This document shows positions 1 to 13,094 of a stretch of DNA of 64,000 nucleotides, piece after piece. The DNA lies in contig NW_026948187.1 in NCBI RefSeq assembly GCF_963921235.1, positions 6,758,001-6,822,000 of the forward strand. Reading direction: 5' to 3'. Both the position numbers and the translations under genes were made by a program. Origin of the DNA: Mobula hypostoma. Lineage: Eukaryota. Numbering within the stretch: the stretch's first letter is position 1; the number at the start of each line of letters is the position of its first letter. The notes under the pieces are model-generated. The model was given only the letters and a program-made list of their open reading frames with translations. It ran no database searches and had not been told where the DNA came from.

Positions 1-586
1 GAATAGAGGGGCAGAGAGAGAGAGAGACAGAAAGAGTGTTGGGGAGAAACAAAGAAAGAGAGTCAAGGGTTTTGAAAGGGAATTCCTTTGTCTAACATGT
101 GAGAAATTGACCATGAGAAGGGGGGGCGTGACAGAGAAAGAGAGAGAGAGAGAGAGAGAGAGGGCAGAGAAAGAGAGACGGAAAGAGAGGGAGAAAGAGA
201 AAGAGGAGGAGGAGAAGAGGGGTGGGGGAGAGAGAGAGGGAGGAAGAGAGACAGTGACAGGGAGAGAGGCAGGGTGTTGGGGAGCGAGATAGAGAGAGAG
301 TAAGGGGTATTAAGAGGTAATTCCTCGTCAAACATCGAAGGTGTGCTAAGAAATAACCTCAAATTAAAGGACAAGAAATTCTACTTGAGAACCAGAAGTT
401 TACGGTGCGCCGGACTGAGCTACTATGCTGATGACCACGCTGATCCGGATTGGCTGAGTCGGGAGAGGAGGCGCGGCTAACATCCGAGACCTCCCACAAT
501 CATCGTAAAGAGCAGGAGTGACTTCTCTTCCCTCGGGCACTCCATGTCCCGTCCATCTCGATTCTGTGGCGATGGCCTGCGGAACG

Positions 587-1553
587 ATGTTTCTGATACT
601 GGGCATCATGAACTGGTTTGGATGAAAGTGGGTTTTATTTAGTGTCATATTTCCAAACTCTCCGTGCTTCCACCGTTTTCCGATATTCTTCTCTCCTGGC
701 GATTTTATTTTTCTTTCGCTGTGCCTGCACCGAAACCCATCCCTGCCTCGGACCTGCGTTGAGACCAGCCCGGACAACTCGCTAACCACTCATCCCCAGA
801 CAAATCGGAAACCGACTCGGCCGGCCATTGCTCTTGTCAAAACCCATCTCAGAGCGACGTCGGTATGAACGCTTGGTCGACACGTTGCTTCCGAGCCTCT
901 GTCTCCAGGTCTCTGCTCTCCTCTCCCCCACCTCCCTCGATCACCGACATCTCTTTTCCCCCCTACACACTCTCAGGCACACACAGTCTGAAGCCTTACT
1001 TAATTTAACTCGAGGCATCATCCATAGCGGGGTGAAGGCCACCGAATCCTTGGTCCTGGGATAGCCTTGCAACTTCTCCCAGATGTAACCCATCCAAGTC
1101 CCTCCCTCTCTCCCTGGGATGAGCGACTTGACGCTTCCGTGGCGCGGGGTTTTTACGGGATGGGGTTAGAAGCTCCGCGGCCAACTCTCCTCCTTTCCCA
1201 ATCGTGCTTTGTGACCGGCCACGGCGGGGCTCCTCCACTGTCCGCTCTCTTCCCGCAGGCGGGAGCTCGGTGACCGTCCGCCAGACCCCAGCCGCCTTCT
1301 CCGCGCTGCCCGGCGGCGGGATGGATTTCGAGTGCACGGCGGAAGGGGGGAGCAACGCTCACTACATGTACTGGTACAGGCATACCCGGGGAGCGGGCCC
1401 GAACTCCTGGTTTACTCGAGGAACTACATGCATGTCGAACCGAAAGAAACGCCGGACGGTCTGAGGGCCCACAGGCTGGACAACCAGTTCAACGTGACTG
1501 CCAGCAGCCTGACTACGAATCACTCGGCTCACTATTTCTGCGCCTGGAGTTTA
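587..1553 (+). pseudogene. TCR V pseudogene, family C (V1): leader 587-623, V exon 1259-1553
   Basis: Leader MFLILGIMNWFG is 37 nt like all other leaders here but its donor is GAAAGT, not GT. V exon reads GSSVTVRQTP..FECTAEGGSNAHYMYWYR, then a 1-nt deletion (AGG CA- TAC CCG) shifts frame; the other frame continues YPGSGPELLVYS..NHSAHYFCAWSL. Confidence 0.85.
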
Positions 1554-1592
1554 CACAGCCACACGAACAGATGGTGAAACCGAACATAAACC
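1554..1592 (+). other. 23-RSS of V1
   Basis: CACAGCC-23 nt-ACATAAACC directly after the CAWSL codons. Confidence 0.85.
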
Positions 1593-2194
1593 TGCAATGC
1601 AAACACAGCGGCGCGACCGTCAGTAAGAGGGCAGGGTCGCTCCGCACTGAGGGGCGTGTGGAACGCGGCTGTCACTCAAACGGAGCGGCGGGTCTCTAGC
1701 ATGAAGACAGCCTGTGCCTGACAAACAAAGGGGCGGTGTTGGGGATTTCTCCCGTGTGAAATGTCGCAGAGAGGAAACGTTGTCTTTTGCCGTAGCCAAA
1801 TCATCTCGGGCTTCGGCTGTAATAACGTAGTCCGGGAGGATTGACCGGGCCTCTTCCCGCAGACGCCGCCCCACCTGCGGAGCTTTTATGCCATTTTCTG
1901 GTACGGTTGCGGAGGAATCGAAGAGTTTAAGAGAGATGCTGGGCTCTGTGGAGATGATCTAAATGGGCAGAGTATGCACGTAGTCAGCCGGGATCTTGGG
2001 TTGCTGGAGCGCGGTAACAGACGTTGAGAGGGCGACAAAGTAGATTAATGCCAGCGCTATATTGTAGTAAGGAGAAGAGACCGTAACCTGGGTGACCTTT
2101 GAAGGTGCATACCCAGCATTCATGAGCGTCGAGGACGCAATCTTAAGGTGCATTGGTGTTGGCAGTCAGCGCACCCAGTGCCCAGGAAAAGCAG

Positions 2195-2360
2195 GTATGA
2201 CTAGAACATAAAACAGAACATAGAGATCCGCAGCACATTAGAGGCGCTTCGGCCCACAATGTTGTGCCAACCATGTAACCCACTCTTGAAACTGCCTAGA
2301 ATTTCCCTGGAGCAAGGCCCTCTATTTTTCGAAGCTCCATGTACCTCTTTCAGAGACTTT
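2195..2360 (-). mobile_element. Short CR1-type LINE 3' tail relic
   Basis: TAGAACATA-type tail plus TTCGGCCCACAATGTTGTGCC 3'UTR-like motif; a similar piece lies at ~5700-5890. Confidence 0.5.
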
Positions 2361-2620
2361 TAGGAAGACCGTTTGCATCGGCTTCCAGCGCCGTTCAGGT
2401 GTATGGTTCCCTGAATGAGGACCCCGCACGTCGACAGGACGGTGAAGAAGCCGTTTGACTCGATGGCCTTCAACAGTCAGAGCACTGACTGCAGATGTTG
2501 GAGGATTGCATTGCATTTTCACAAGACATTGATGAGGTCGTACATCCTTAGGACTCGTTGCCCCCTTCCCTGAGTGAAGACATCCGCGCTGGGTCAGGAG
2601 CCAGACGTTTGTAGACAGTT

Positions 2621-4505
2621 GAAATAGACAATAGGGGCAGGAGTAGGCCGTTCGGCCCTTCGAGCCAGCACCGCCTTTCACTGTGATCATGGCTGATCAT
2701 TCACTATCAGTATCCAGCTCCTGCCTTATCCCCATAACCTTTGATTCCACTATCTTTAAGAGCTCTATCCATCTCTTTTTTGAAAGCATCCAGAAACTTG
2801 GCCTCCACAGCCTTCTGGGGCAGAACATTCCATATATCCACCACTCTCTGGGTGAAAAAGTTTTTCGGCAACTCCGGTCTAAATGGCCTACCCCTAATTC
2901 TTAAACTGTGGCCTCCGGTTCTGGACTCACCCATCAGCGGGAACATGCCTCCTGCCTGTTGCGTGTCCAATCCTTTAATAATCTTATATGTTTCAATCAG
3001 ATCCCGTCTCAGCCTTCTAAATTCCAGAGTATACAAGCCCAGTCGCTCCAATCTTTCGACATATGACAGTCCCACCATCCCGGGAATTAACCTTGTGAAC
3101 CTACGCTGCACTCCCTCAGTAGGAAGAATATCCTTCCTCAAATTTGGAGACCAAAACTGCACACAGTACTCCAGGTGTGGTCTCACCAGGGCCCTGTACA
3201 GCTGCAGAAGGACCTCTTTGCTCTTATACTCAATTCCCCTTGTTATGAAGGCCAGCATGCCATTAGCTTTTTTCACTGCCTGCTGTACCTGCATGCTTAC
3301 TTTCAGTGACTGATGTACAAGAGCACCTTGATCTTGTTGTGCTTCCTCTTTTCCTAACTTGACTCCATTTAGATTATAATCTGCCTTCCCGTTCTTACCA
3401 CCAAAGTGGATAACCTAACATTTATCCACATTAAACTTCATCTGCCATGCATCTGCCCACTCATCCAACCTGTCCAAGTCACCCTGCATTCTCATAACAT
3501 CCTCCTCACATTTCACACCGTCTCACAGCTTTATGTCATCGTCAAATTTGCTAATATTACTTTTAATTCCCTCATGTAAATCATTAATATATACTGTAAA
3601 CAGCTGCGGTCCCAGCACTGAACCCTGCGGTACCCCACTGGTCACCGCCTGCCATTCCGAAAGGGACCCGTTAATCGCTACTCTTTGTTTTCTGTCAGCC
3701 AACCAATTTTCAATCCATGTGAGTACTCTGCCCCCAATACTATGTGCTCTAATTTTGCCCACTAATATCCTATGTGGGACTTTATCAAAGGCTTTCTGAA
3801 AGTCCAGGTACACTACATCCACTGGCTCTCTCTTGTCTATTTTCATAGTTACATCCTCAAAAAATTCCAGAAGATTAGTCAAGCACGATTTCCCTTTGTA
3901 AATCCATGCTGACTCAGACTAATCCTGTTACTACTATCCAGATGTGTCGTAATTTCATCTTTTATAACTGACTCCAGCATCTTTCCCTCCACCGACGTCA
4001 GGCTAACCGGTCTATACTTCCCTGTTTTCTCTCTTCCTCCCTTCTTGAAGAGAGAGACAACATTAACCACCCTCCAATCCACAGGAACTGATCCTGAATC
4101 TATAGAACATTGGAAAATAATTACCAAAGCATCCACGATTTCTAAAACCACCTCCTAAGTACCCTGGGTGCAGAGCATCAGGTCCCGGGGACTTATCAGC
4201 CTTCAGACCCAACAGCCTTTCCAACACCATTTCCTGCCTAATATAAACTTCCTTCAATTCATCCATTACCCTAGGTCTTTTGGGCACTATTATATCTGGG
4301 GGATTGTGTCTTCCCTAGTGATGACAGATCCAAAGTACCTGTTCAACTCGTCTGCCATTTCCTTGTTCCCCATAATAAATTCACCCGCTTCTCTCTTCAA
4401 GGGCCAAATTTTGGTCTTAACTATTTTTTTTTCCTTTTCACATACCTAAAGAAGCTGTTACTCTCCTCCTTTATATTCTTGTCCAGTTTACCTTCGTACC
4501 TCATT
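2621..4505 (-). mobile_element. CR1-clade LINE, 5'-truncated, frameshifted ORF2 (RT)
   Basis: Consecutive ORF pieces: KADKSPGPD, YRPVSLTS, VDVVYLDFQKAFDKVPH, GVPQGSVLGP, KFDDD, LVRPHLEYCVQFWSP, NFFTQRVV; typical CR1 3'UTR near 2625-2700. Confidence 0.92.
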
Positions 4506-4539
4506 TTTTCCCCACGTTGTTGTTCGTCCATCCTTAACG

Positions 4540-4960
4540 TCGATGAGGCCCTCGACACCATAATGATGGTGTCGAGACTAGCGCGTGATTTGGATTTAAG
4601 TGAGGGAGAGTTGCGCAGCGTCAGCCTCACTCTCTCTTCCCAATTCCCATCTGGATCCAGTGGCAAGACAGAGTCTAGACGGCTGGAGATGGGACTAGAC
4701 GCAGTGGATGACCAGGACGTCTTCTGTGTCTTGTCCTGCTCTACATGTTCCACGCCGCTTGCAGAGACCGCCTTCTTGACCGTTGGACCTTCCACTGGTC
4801 TCGTCCGCTCAATCCACCAGAGTCTGTCTTCACATGCTGGGATAGACAACTCCCTATCTCACCGAGGGTTTGAGACCCGACGGCTACCCTCACCTGGTTT
4901 AGCCGGCTTATCGAAGCCGTTGTCCGGGCTCTTTAAATGTTTCACAGTTCGGCCACTCTG
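4540..4960 (+). mobile_element. Probable RTE-type LINE untranslated-region fragment
   Basis: Resembles, from memory, RTE UTR sequence (GCGCAGCGTCAGCCTCAC..CCAGTGGCAAGAC..GCAGTGGATGACC); not verified by search; strand uncertain. Confidence 0.4.
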
Positions 4961-6077
4961 CTATTGATACGGGTGAACGAGTCTCCCCTACGCTCCGGCA
5001 AACATCTGAAGCGTCGTGTATCGTTCTGGTCGCCACTTCGCAGGGAAGGGTTTCCCTGTTTTGGAGCGGGTACCGAAGCGGTTCACCGGCATTAGCAGGG
5101 CTGCCGCTTTCTGGACAAGAGGGTCAGAGTGAATGAGATAGGAAACAAGCGGCAGAGAGCGGCGATGGGGCCGAGGAAGAAAGATGGACCGCCGATCGTG
5201 TGCAGATGGAGAGGTGCGGCGATTTAGAGAGATCCCGGGAGGCAGAGGGGGAAAGCGGCGGAGAAGGGGCGATCGTAAGCACAGAGAGCAGAAGGTGAGA
5301 GTGAAACGGAAGATAAATCTTTTTAAAGATGACTTACAGTAGAATGAAGCTAGCAGCGGTAGCAATGAGAGCATCTTTTCTAGCGATTACTTAACCCCGG
5401 CCGTCGAGACACGGATGACTTCATTCGGATTTATATTCTGCACACTTCTCCCCTTCTCTCTTTCCGCCGGTGACTGCGCCCTCTTTCTAAATGTGTTGCT
5501 ATTACACGTATATTCGTATCCATCTCCATCTGTTGGCGGAACCTGGCTTATTCAGGGAGTTACCTGTTAATTACTCCGTTAATGTCGCAGATCGTCTGCA
5601 TCTGTTCACTTACGCTTGTTTCTGTCTCATTCTGTTTGCCTGCCTCCCTGATTGTCGGCGTCTTCTTTTCTCTCTCCCCCTCTCCTTCTCCCTGTCGATT
5701 CCATAGAAAACATAGAAACATAGAAACCCTACAGCACAATACAGGCCCTTCGGCCCACAACGGTGTGCCGTACATGCCCCCCACCTTAGAAATTAATAGG
5801 CATAGCCATAGCCCTCTATTTTTCGAAGCACCGTGCACCTGTCCAGAAGTCTCTTGAAGGACCCTATCGTATCCGCCTCCACCACTGTTGCCGGCACAGT
5901 TCCACTCACAGTTTCTCTCCTCTCTTCCCCATTCTCAGTCTCGCTCTGTCGCCATTTTCCCTCTTCTCTCCAGCCTCCATTTCCCCTTTTCCTGTTCCTA
6001 TCTCCGTCTCGTTCTGCTTCTCTCCTTCAAACTCTATCACCTTCTGAACGAATCTGTTTGTCGCTTACACAGTACCC

Positions 6078-6078
<1 letters not shown>

Positions 6079-6152
<74 letters not shown>
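6079..6152. repeat. (CT)n microsatellite
   Basis: Pure TC dinucleotide run. Confidence 0.95.
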
Positions 6153-6165
<13 letters not shown>

Positions 6166-7299
6166 CTGTGTGCAATACTCTGGTACTCTGGCTGGCGTGT
6201 TGGGACCGCCAGGTAAAAGAGAAATGATATGAATTCTCAGTCCGAATCGTCATTTCCCCCTGAAAGATGTGTTTTATGTCGATAAGATTAATTCACTGTA
6301 AGCGGTCGTTTTTAAACCTTTTCTCTCCCCTCATGCCTTTGACCTCTCTAATCCAAATCAACTTTTGCTGCACCTTCTCGTTTTCTCTCTCTCTCTTTCT
6401 CTCGCTCTCTCTCTACCTCGCTCTCTCTCTCTCTCTGGCTCTCTCTCTCGCTCTCCCTCACTACCACCCTCCCTCTCTGCCTCTCTGGACATTCCCTGGT
6501 CCTATCCCCCCTCCCAAGCCCGGGTTAGTGTCTACTCTGCGAGCTAATTTACCGTTTCGCCTTTTCCCCTCCCTGCTCCCTCCCATCCAATTCTACTCTC
6601 TCCCCACCACCCTACAACGGCTCCCCCATTTTCGTTTCCTTGCTTAAGAAGGCCGGTTAAAAAAGGAGCTTATACGTTTGCCAAGGCGGGAAAGATGTTC
6701 ATCCGGGTTAGGAGAGACGTGTTGCATACTGGGAGATCAAATGTCAAGGGACAGAACGCAGTGAATGGCAGCGTCTCGGTCCGCACCGTCCTGAAAGTGA
6801 TATATAGGGTGTTGAGGAAGGCGGAAGACACGAGAACTTTATTAATCAAGGTCTTGAACTCAGCAAGGATGATGCATTTGGTGTGGGAGGAGAGAAAGGT
6901 GGCGCCAGACAATTTGCGGACCTCGAGAATACCGCAGTTTCCCCACGCAGTAGTTTAATTCTCATCTCGTGTCTTTTGTTCAAGGTTGGCTGGGGTTCTG
7001 TCAGATCCCTGATATCGACAACGTCAGCACGAACTACGGCCCTTCGTGGGCGCTGCTTTCGAAAGACGGGCTCTGCACGCGTGCGATCTCTATCTCTCAG
7101 GTGAGCAAGATCGAAAAAGGGCTGGAGAGGAATATAGCGGCGGAGAGTGGATCAGTCGAGAAAGGGGAGGAGGACGGAACCATGGAGGAGATGATCAGCA
7201 GCTGAAAAGGCCAGACAGGGTTTTTTTTCTAATGGCAGCTACGGGCTAGACGCAGATCTGTTCAAATGATAATACTGGGGGATTTACTGTTTGCAAGCC

Positions 7300-8060
7300 C
7301 TCTCCACAATGATCCCCTGAGGACCTCTAGCTCATGGAACTCCGGTCTCCTCAGGCCAATAATCAATAATCACCCCTTTGATTTTGATCACATTGAGTGA
7401 GATGTTGTTGTGGTGGGACCATTCAGATGGATGTCCAGTCGCCGTCCTAGACGCTGATACGGTGCACCCTGCGATACGGCCAACGTCAGTGCTGTCATTA
7501 GCCGATTTCAATACGGCGTTGGAATTGCGCTGGAGTCTCACTGTCATTAGTGTAAAAAGCAAAGAGAGAAGGCAGGTTTCCAGACCCACTGCGGCTCTGC
7601 TGATGGCCATTCTGGGGGAGATGTTGCTACTGACTGCGGTCTGCAAGTGAGTAATTCAATCATTCAATTGCGCAAGCACTAATTGAGGCCAGGGGTATGT
7701 GGCTTGTTGCTTATTTTTGAGGTGATGATGGTATTGAATGCAGAGCTGGAGCGAGAGAAGCGCATCCTGACGTATGACTCTGCCCTGCCCAGATGTTCCA
7801 GAGTTGAGGGAGGAGCCAATAAAATGACGTCAGCTGTAGACCTGGTGTAAGGGTTGACGAGTTGGAGTGGAGCCAAATCGTTCATGAATTTCATCACGAA
7901 CTTCTCAAAGCGCTTCATCCTTATCGATGTGCCGGCTGCTGGACGACCGTCATGGAGGCAAGTTACCACGTTCTTCTCGGACGCCGCTGTAATAAAAGCC
8001 CACTGGGAACAAATGGATTCCGCAGACTGCCGACGCGAGGACTTAAAGGTATCGGTGAAC
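7300..8060 (-). mobile_element. Degenerate Rex1/Babar LINE RT fragment (part of the family-B 3' flank)
   Basis: MNDLAPLQ..RSTADVILLA..LEHL..SYVRMRF..SSAFNTI matches the Rex1/Babar RT pattern (PLQFAY..NRSTADAI..HLD..YVRxLFIDYSSAFNTI). Confidence 0.75.
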
Positions 8061-8501
8061 ACTCCAGTCAAAAGGCTCAGCTACAAATTCTCCTCTCTTT
8101 CCGCCAGTAGGACTGGGCAAGTTCCTATGTTTGATGGGCTTCTGTTGTTAATTCCATCGCTTTTTCCATCTGTATGTAATTCTGAATGGGACGGCGTTTA
8201 AGGATTCGTGGAGGACAACGTGTGAATATTTTGTCTCTGGTTATAGTGGTTTATTCGGCTGCCTGTGACTCTGAAGTGACAGGGAAATGTAAATCTACGG
8301 CGAGAGGGTGGAAGTAACAGTTGCAATTTCGTGGCACTCGGTGCCCCATTCCGACTCAGGACCATTACCTCGACGCTTTGTCTCGCATACCAATTTCCCT
8401 TTGGCTACGTGGCGCCAAGCGCGGTGACATCAGTTGTCAGGTGTCGACTTGTGACGTATACCCTCCGCTGCTGACGTCAGCCCAACCCACTCACACTGTG
8501 A

Positions 8502-8540
8502 AGTTTTTGTTCGGCTTCTCCGTCTCTCTGAGTCGCCATG
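8502..8540 (-). other. 23-RSS of V2 with defective heptamer
   Basis: CATGGCG-23-ACAAAAACT on the minus strand. Confidence 0.92.
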
Positions 8541-9261
8541 ATCTCTCCAGGCGCAGAAATACACGGCCGACGAATTCGCCTGGAGGCCGGAGGACTTCAG
8601 ATAGAACTTGTTGCTACTCGGTCTGTCTGCCGTGAAGCCGTCCACTGGGCCCGGCGGCTGCACGTATTTGGCTAAGCTCGAGGTGAAAAGGGCCTGGGGT
8701 CTGTTTCCAGGGTACTGTCTGTACCAGAAGAGATAATCACCGCTGCCGCTGCTGCCGCCCTCTACCGTGCACTCCAGGAACACGTTCTCGCCGGGACGGC
8801 CGGAAACTGCCGGAGTCTGGTGTATTATAACCGTGCTGGCATCTGGAAAAGAGACGGGAAGGGGAAGAGTGTGAATAAACACGGTTCATAGAGTAATTGG
8901 GACGACGGGGTTGGGACGAAGGTGTATGGAAGGAAAAGAAGAGATAGGTTCAATGCCGTCACCGAGATATCATCTGGAGTAGAGCGGAACGGGGTGAATA
9001 AACATGTCTAGCGGGGGCAATTGAGAGCGAAACAATAAGGTAGATTCAAGAGACCGGGGACATTGAAAGGAGGGAAATTAATGAGGGACGTTGAATGAGT
9101 TTAAGAGTACTGGGGAGAAAATTGGATTGTGACGGAGACCAGTCCATTTCGATGGGTTAGATTGCGAGGGAAATGGGAAACGAAAGCGAGAATAAAAAAC
9201 AAAGATTAGGCAATTTTCGCTCACAGTGGAAAGTAAGGATTAGTTGCAGCAACAACAACAT
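8541..9261 (-). CDS. TRBV: TCR V segment, family B1 (V2): leader 9225-9261, V exon 8541-8842; ORF intact, RSS heptamer CAT
   Basis: Leader MLLLLQLILTFH, donor GTGAGC, acceptor TTTTCCAG; V: ASTVIIHQTP..LECTVEGGSSGSGDYLFWYRQYPG..ANSSAVYFCAWRD. Confidence 0.9.
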
Positions 9262-10149
9262 GCTTGCTGGGCGTTCCTTGTCCCTGTGATGGAAGAGGTG
9301 GGTGCAGCAGCGATGAGTCTACTGTCTTTGATTTCACTCTGAAATTACGCATCTCTCTGAAATCATGTTTAACACGCAATTAGGATTGGCCACGCTCCTT
9401 CCTCTCTGATCCAATCGGAATGGTGGCCCGTGTCACTTCCACCGCGGAAGACCCGCCCCCAATCTCGCCTCCGTTCCCTCAAACTCCCCTGACATCTTTC
9501 CCAACTCCTGTCTCAATCTCTTAGGACGGATTTGTCCTCACCTGTGCTCTCAAACCTCTGACTCTGTTTCTCCCAGAACTTTCAATTCCATTCTTGCTGA
9601 CCTGCTCCCTGCCCGACCTCGATGTGGCATTCAACGCCGCGTCCCTTTGTCAATCAGTTCATCCTGTCCGACGGTCTGCGAATCTACCCATGTGCAAAAT
9701 AATTGATTTTATTATCTACTGCGTATCTATGTAGGTATCTATAATAAATTGACCTATACCTACCTATACACAGCGGTGTCTATCTGTTTGTCTGCCCGTC
9801 CTACCATTCGTTGTATGTCTCTTACCCTTGTAAATCAACGTAGGTCTTCTACCGGGCATCCTCACCCTCCGCACCCCCCCCCCATATATGTGTCCTAACA
9901 TTTTCTCTGTTTTTCTCTGTCGAACCTGTCTGCCTGTCCGACACTCCATCTATCTATCTATCTGTCTGTCAGAATAATTGTCTGTCTGATTGTCTGTTTG
10001 ATTGTTCGTCTAACTGTCCCATTTCGTGTGAGATGTCTGTAATTACCCGTCTCGCATCATCGCATCAGGTCCAATGGCCACCTCCTTCTTCCTAGTTTCG
10101 TCTCGCTACTGTTACGCTCTCTTAGTGCCCGCCGGTTCCCTCTCACAAA

Positions 10150-10150
<1 letters not shown>

Positions 10151-10190
<40 letters not shown>
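10151..10190. repeat. (CA)n microsatellite
   Basis: Pure AC run. Confidence 0.95.
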
Positions 10191-10192
<2 letters not shown>

Positions 10193-11490
10193 CCCGACTG
10201 TCTAGTCACCTCTTTATCTCTGCATCCGTCCACCTGTTTGTCTCTCAGTCTCCCATCTCGGTAACTGACTGACAATGAAAAGTAGCGGTGCCCATGAAGA
10301 AACGAGGTAGGTCTGCATACGGCGGCCAATCACAGCGCCTTGACCGCCGCAGATCCCCACGAGATCCGTCATTCATTAGTTCGCCAGCAGATGGCGCAGC
10401 GATACCAGGTGTCGAGTGGCGACTCACAGCATCGTGGTTATAATTTTTCTGTTGGTGTTGGGGCGGGGCGGGGGCAGATTATCTACAGGTGAAAGGGAAC
10501 GGCGTGAGGAACAAGGACAGAAATGAAGGGGGAGTGATGGAAGATGACAGCGTCTGAGGTAACTACTGTTCCACTATTCCAATGTACTGCCTGCTACTTA
10601 GTCTTGTAAATAGACATCCCACCGATCGGTAATATTCCCCATCATTCATGTGTTTTCTCCTACCCTTATAAACTGACGTACATCCGCACCTCGACATTGG
10701 CCTTTCCCCAATAGTTACCCGTGTCCTATTCCTGTTCACTGTTCTCTTATCATTCTGCTACGCCATCTGCCGCCCTAGTTATCTCTCCATTTCCGTGTCT
10801 TTTCTCTGATGTATTTATTCCGATCACATCCTGCATTCGGTTCCCAAGGCTTTTTTTCTTCTGTTCAATGTGTGGAAGGTTATGTTGACAAGAGAAACGT
10901 AAACTACGTGCTCCCTCTCGTCCTCCGGCCCGAGCGTCGGAAAACCGATCAGGATATTCACTGCGGTTCCTCTACAATTGAAACGCCGCTCTCTTGTCCC
11001 GCAAATCACTTCCCTCTCTTCGCAAAGTTAATGCTGCGCGGCGGGTCACCGCGGATCACTACCTGACGCCTGGTGTTAGCCAGTCCTGCGGTGAGTAACC
11101 GATGAGGGCTCAGTACCCGAGAGGAACCGGGGTGCAGGGCTCTGAGGCTGAGAGACAGTAAGTGAGGAACTGAGAGCGAGGAAGAGAGAGACTGACAGGG
11201 AGAAAGGGAGAGAAAGAGAGAGAGAGAGAGAGAGAGGGATAACGCGGGGGAGAGCGGCTAGCGAATCAGCAGGAAGGAGCCAAAGATTGACAGAGACAGA
11301 GAGACGGTTCAATTAATCCATGCACCGTCAGATAGGTAGATAGGTAGATAGATAGATAGGTAGCTATATTGATAGATAGATAGGTACATGCATACATACA
11401 TACATACATAGATAAATAAATTGATAGATAGATTTAGACACAGCTACTAAGCCAGAGTTACTGACAAATACAGACAAACAACTATATAGA

Positions 11491-12014
11491 GATATTTCCT
11501 TGCCATAGAGGGAGTACAAAGAAGGTTCACCAGATTGATTCCTGGGATGGCAGGACTTTCATATGATGAAAGACTGGATGAACTAGGCTTATACCTGTTG
11601 GAATTTAGAAGATTGAGGGGCGATCTGATTGAAACGTATAAAATCCTAAAGCTATTGTACAGGCTAGATGCAGGAAGATTGTTCCCGATGTTGGTGAAGT
11701 CCAGAACGAGGGGTCACAGTTTGAGGATAAAGGGGAAGCCTTTTAGGACCGAGATTAGGAAAAACTTCTTCACACAGAGAATGGTGAATCTGTGGAATTC
11801 TCTGCCACAGGAAACAGTTGAGGCCTGTTCATTGTCTATATTTAAGAGGGAGTTAGATATGGCCCTGGTGGCTAAAGGGATCAGGGGGTATGGAGGGAAG
11901 GCTGGTGCAGGGTTCTGAGTTGGATGATCAGCCATGATCATACTGAATGGCGGTGCAGGCTCGAAGGGGCGAATGGCCTACTCCTGCACCTATTTTCTAT
12001 GTTTTTATGTTTCT
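11491..12014 (+). mobile_element. CR1-clade LINE 3' fragment
   Basis: IPGMAGLSYDERLDELGLY..RGDLIETYKI..NFFTQRMVNLWNSLP, followed by CR1 3'UTR and TTTCTATGTT-type tail. Confidence 0.92.
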
Positions 12015-12299
12015 GTGTAGAAAGAGGGCCAAGGGGCAGAATGGAGAGTGCAAAGGAGAGCGGTTAGGGAAACAGCAAGAACGTGAACCAGAGACAGACA
12101 TAGGGGGACACAGGAGAGGAAGGTACAACCAGCTTATTGTTTGGAGAAAGACAGTGGGGAAATATTCGAAAGAGCGGAAATGACAGAGAAATAATCGAAC
12201 ATAATTGGTCAATGGAAGGATGGGCGTGGCCAATTGGCCATAGCCATATGTGTTGCAGATATACGGAGACAGCTGGACGTGAATACGCCGCTTTCAAAG

Positions 12300-13055
12300 C
12301 TGAGACTATTGCTGCAGCTGATCCTCTCCCTCCACTGTGAGTATTTCCTATTCTTGCAGTTTCTCTTTTCTTTCCCCTAGATCCTCATAAACGACCCCCC
12401 CCCCCGCCCCGCGGTTCCTGCGATAGTCTCGATCTCACTCCGCCGACTAGAATTCCACGTCCGCATACTATCTTCACTCTGAAGCCCCCGCCTTCGTTTC
12501 CATTCCGACCCCTTCTTGGCTTTCCCCGCATCCACCCACCACTCTCTTCCCTTCTATAGATATCTTCTTCTCCACGTCCTCATTACTCCCGGAGTACGTA
12601 CTTATAGTCGGCGCTCCTCTACCGAACGTTTCAATCAATTCCATCCCGGTCTGCACATCCTCACAATATCTACCCTCTGAAATACCCATTTCTCTGGGTA
12701 TGAATTCCCAGGACTCGATATCAACTCACCGCACTCCGATTCCCATCTGCGGACAGATGCGAGATCGGTTACGATCCGGCAGACGCCGGCTTTCTCCGGA
12801 TCTCGCCACCAGGGGGCGGTGCTGGACTATTCTATCGAGGACAGCGGCAGCAGCAGTAACTACTTCTACTGGTATAGACAATACCCGGGCGGTGGACTTG
12901 AGAACCTAGTTTACTCTACGCTAGCCAGTTACGTGCTACCAAAGGATCCGGTGGACGGTTTTACGGCAGTGAGGCCGAGTAACTGCGTCTTCAAACTGAA
13001 GTCCTCAGGGCTGGAGGCCAATTCGCCGGCCGTGTATTTCTGCGCCGGGTGTGAT
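12300..13055 (+). pseudogene. TCR V pseudogene, B-related (V3): leader 12300-12336, V exon 12757-13055
   Basis: Leader starts CTG instead of ATG (xRLLLQLILSLH, donor GTGAGT). V exon is in frame but Cys23 is Tyr (LDYSIE); WYRQYPGGGLENLVYS..AVYFCAGCD. Confidence 0.87.
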
Positions 13056-13094
13056 CACAGCGAATCGGAAAGACGGAGGAGCAGAACAAAAACC
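13056..13094 (+). other. 23-RSS of V3
   Basis: CACAGCG-23-ACAAAAACC. Confidence 0.92.

Noticed and set aside
63-374. S/L-rich and R/E-rich ORFs here and at ~5.8-6.6, 15.4-15.8, 50.4-51.1, 58.5-59.0 and 61.2-61.8 kb
   Set aside because: Translations of GA/CT and GATA simple repeats; no protein signal.
1162-1258. ATG-initiated MGLEAPRPTLLLSQSCFVTG just upstream of the V1 exon as a candidate leader
   Set aside because: No in-phase GT donor and only ~40 nt to the acceptor; the 37-nt exon at 587-623 fits the family pattern better.
1959-2153. Hydrophobic ORF resembling a membrane-protein exon
   Set aside because: Another frame (HPGYGLFSLL) looks like a decayed Rex1/Babar 3' end; no convincing splice context.
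4988-5420. CpG-rich stretch with a 128-aa ORF
   Set aside because: No recognisable domain, splice pattern or repeat identity; cannot be supported without a search.
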